Assembly: GCA_963805975.1 (NCBI GenBank)
Contig: CAWDVR010000001.1
Coordinates: 1,184,001 to 1,248,000, forward strand
Length of the DNA stretch: 64,000 nt
Source of the DNA: an uncultured Acidobacteriota bacterium
GTDB lineage: Bacteria > Acidobacteriota > Thermoanaerobaculia > Multivoradales > SZUA-115
Direction of reading: 5' to 3'
The position numbers and the translations under genes are program-made. Positions 61,776 through 64,000 of the stretch are shown here, one piece after another. Below the pieces are notes generated by a model. That model was not told where the DNA came from and ran no database searches. It saw only the letters and a program-made list of their open reading frames with translations. How positions within the stretch are numbered: position 1 is the stretch's first letter; each line of letters begins with the position of its first letter.

Positions 61776-64000
61776 ATGACGCGGATCAGCCGGTACCTCC
61801 TGCGGGAGATCTGGGGCCCACTGGCCCTGGGGTTCTCCGTCTACACGTTCATCCTCCTAGTGCGGGTGCTCTTCCTCTCGGCGGAGATGATCATCCGCCG
61901 TGGCGTGCCGGCACCGGTAGTCGGCGAGCTGCTGCTCTGGAACCTGCCGAACATCGTGGTCCTGACGCTGCCGATGTCTCTCCTCTTCGGCATCCTGACG
62001 GCCGTGGGCCGGCTGGCGTCGGACAGTGAGCTGATCGCCATCCGGGCCAGCGGCTTGAGCCTGCTCAAGCTCTACCGGCCCATCCTCGTGCTGTCCATTC
62101 TCTTCACCCTGTTGAACGTGGGACTGATGTCCTACGTGCTGCCTTGGGGTAACGCCCGCCTGCAGCAGCTCCGCCTGGAGATGATGTCCCAGGGCGTGTC
62201 CCGCACGGTCGAGCCTCGAATCTTCTACGAGGACTGGCAGGACAAGGTGCTCTATGTGTTCGACATCGATCCGGCTACCGAACGCTGGCGCGGGGTCTTC
62301 CTCGCCCAGTCCTTACCCACTTCCAGCGAGCAGGAGGTGATCGTTGCCGACTGGGGCGAGGTCCGGGTCGACGCCGCCGGCGAGCGAGTCATGCTGATCC
62401 TGGGCAACGCCGAGGACCACAAGCTCGACCCCCTGCGCCCCGAGCGCTATCAACGCCAGCGATTCGCCGATGCCAGGCAGGAGCTGGACGACGCCTTCAC
62501 CAGCCGGGAGCGGGCCAAGATCTCGGCCTCCAAGGGAGTGCGCGAGCTCACCCTGCCGGAGCTGGCGGCGAAGGCGGAGGATCCGTCCACCTCCGCCGAG
62601 GTCCGCAACCTGGCCCGCGTCGAGATGCACAAGAAATTCTCCATCCCCTTCGCCGCCGTGGTCTTCGGCCTCTTTGCCTTGCCCCTGGGGTTCAACAATC
62701 GCCGGGGTGGCAAAGCCTCCGGCTTCGCGCTCTCGATCGGCGTGATCCTGGTCTACTACGTGTTGCTGAACAACGGCGAAGAGGCTGCGCGCTTCGGAAG
62801 GTTCTCTCCCTGGGTCGCCATGTGGCTCCCCAACCTGATGCTGGGAGGCATCGGGTTCTACCTGCTGATCCGCCGTGACCAGGACAGGAGCCTGCTCTTC
62901 TCACCGGTGGACCGCTGGCTGCGGCGAGACCTGTGGGGAGCGCTGACGGGCGCTCTCGGCAGGATTCGGCGGGCGCGCCGGGAGCGCCAGCGTGCCGCGG
63001 CCAGCCGCGCTGGGGGCGGCTCGGGCGGCGGCCTAGTGAAGGTTCTGATCTCCCGGCCACGCCTGACCTTTCCCAGCGTGATGGACCGCTACACCCTACG
63101 CGCCTTCGGTTCCGTGTTGCTGACCGTGCTGGTCTCGATCGTGGCCATTTACATCATCGCGGACCTGACGCAGTTGATCGACGAGATCCTGAAGAACCAC
63201 GTTTCGCAGGACGTCGTCGGCCAGTACTACCTCTACACGAGCTTCCAGGTCTTCTACGACCTGGCGCCGATCGTGGTCCTGGTGACCACGCTCATCACCT
63301 TCAGTCTGCTGTCGCGGACCAACGAGGTGACCGCGGCCAAGGCCCTGGGCATGAGCCTCTACCGCCTCTCACTGCCGGTGGTGGTCGCCGCGGTCCTGAT
63401 CTCGGCCTTCTCCACCTATCTCGAATCGGTCGTGCTGCCGGTCACCAACCAGCGGGCCCAGAAGCTCGAGGACAAGATCCGCGCCAATCCCGTGCCGCAG
63501 ACCTACAGCCGGCCGGACCGCTGGCTGTTCGGCAAGGGTGGCTTCATCTACAACTTCCTCACCTACGACCAGGCGACGGAGACCTTGCAGCGGCTGCAAG
63601 TCTTCGAGCTCGACGAGAACCACCGTTTGAAGAGCCGCCTGACCGCCGCAACGGCCCGCTTCGACCGTTCCCTGCACGGTGGGAAAGGCGGCTGGCTGTT
63701 CACCGACGGCTGGATCCGGCGGTTCGACTCCAGCGATACCGGGTCGAGTCTCCGGGACCCCGAGTACACGCGCTTTGCCGGGCCCGTGGAGGTCGATTGC
63801 AAGGAGACTCCGGAGTTCTTCGTCTCCGAGTTGCGGCGCCCCGAGCAGATGGGCTACGGCGAGCTCAAGCGCTACATCGCCGAGCTCGAGGCCAGCGGCC
63901 AGCCGGTACCGCAGCTCCAGGTGGACTTGCAGAAGAAGATCGCCTTCCCGGTCACCTCGCTGGTCATGGCGCTGGTGGCGCTCCCCTTCGCGTTTCGCCT
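61776..64000 (+). CDS. lptF: Fused LptF-LptG LPS export permease, 3'-truncated by window edge (absent from ORF track)
   Basis: MTRISRYLLREI..GRLASDSELIAIRASG; same frame continues into MDRYTLR..LSRTNEVTAAKALGMS; TATAAT at 61762. Confidence 0.9.
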   Translation, partial: MTRISRYLLREIWGPLALGFSVYTFILLVRVLFLSAEMIIRRGVPAPVVGELLLWNLPNIVVLTLPMSLLFGILTAVGRLASDSELIAIRASGLSLLKLYRPILVLSILFTLLNVGLMSYVLPWGNARLQQLRLEMMSQGVSRTVEPRIFYEDWQDKVLYVFDIDPATERWRGVFLAQSLPTSSEQEVIVADWGEVRVDAAGERVMLILGNAEDHKLDPLRPERYQRQRFADARQELDDAFTSRERAKISASKGVRELTLPELAAKAEDPSTSAEVRNLARVEMHKKFSIPFAAVVFGLFALPLGFNNRRGGKASGFALSIGVILVYYVLLNNGEEAARFGRFSPWVAMWLPNLMLGGIGFYLLIRRDQDRSLLFSPVDRWLRRDLWGALTGALGRIRRARRERQRAAASRAGGGSGGGLVKVLISRPRLTFPSVMDRYTLRAFGSVLLTVLVSIVAIYIIADLTQLIDEILKNHVSQDVVGQYYLYTSFQVFYDLAPIVVLVTTLITFSLLSRTNEVTAAKALGMSLYRLSLPVVVAAVLISAFSTYLESVVLPVTNQRAQKLEDKIRANPVPQTYSRPDRWLFGKGGFIYNFLTYDQATETLQRLQVFELDENHRLKSRLTAATARFDRSLHGGKGGWLFTDGWIRRFDSSDTGSSLRDPEYTRFAGPVEVDCKETPEFFVSELRRPEQMGYGELKRYIAELEASGQPVPQLQVDLQKKIAFPVTSLVMALVALPFAFR

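Noticed and set aside
61583-62029. 148-aa ORF spanning dif
   Set aside because: Overlaps dif and the lptFG start in another frame; no recognisable protein features

Overview
High-GC bacterial chromosome segment; gene content and order suggest Acidobacteriota, probably Thermoanaerobaculia-like (inferred, not searched). It is mostly core genes on the + strand: valS, birA, coaX, def, cysS, tRNA-Gly/Cys/Leu, dnaB, mlaEFD, pepA, a TolC/MacAB-type exporter, carD, priA, accA, recJ, lptC/A-lptB-rpoN-hpf-hprK-rapZ-PTS, miaB, parAB and a fused lptFG. The - strand carries rluD, lspA, thiE, purC and a second tRNA-Leu. I saw no CRISPR array, prophage or transposase. Main observations: (1) a 28-bp XerCD dif site lies directly downstream of a parA-parB operon whose ParB has a non-canonical recognition helix, with a perfect 18-bp palindrome upstream of its promoter, i.e. 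a candidate terminus-linked partition system; (2) a tightly coupled five-gene cassette combines a secreted DUF6689-like protein, an FHA-GAF protein, a membrane Ser/Thr kinase with TPRs, a sensor-less histidine kinase and a NarL-type regulator; (3) a large divergent class III nucleotide cyclase-like protein and a TPR protein with a degenerate cNMP pocket; (4) envelope-spanning fusions (MlaD with a beta-barrel-like tail, LptC/LptA, LptF-LptG); (5) a pentaheme cytochrome with a C-terminal FxxGFE tail, a DnaD-like orphan and an EIIA lacking its phospho-His. All family calls come from motif recognition by eye; no searches were run.
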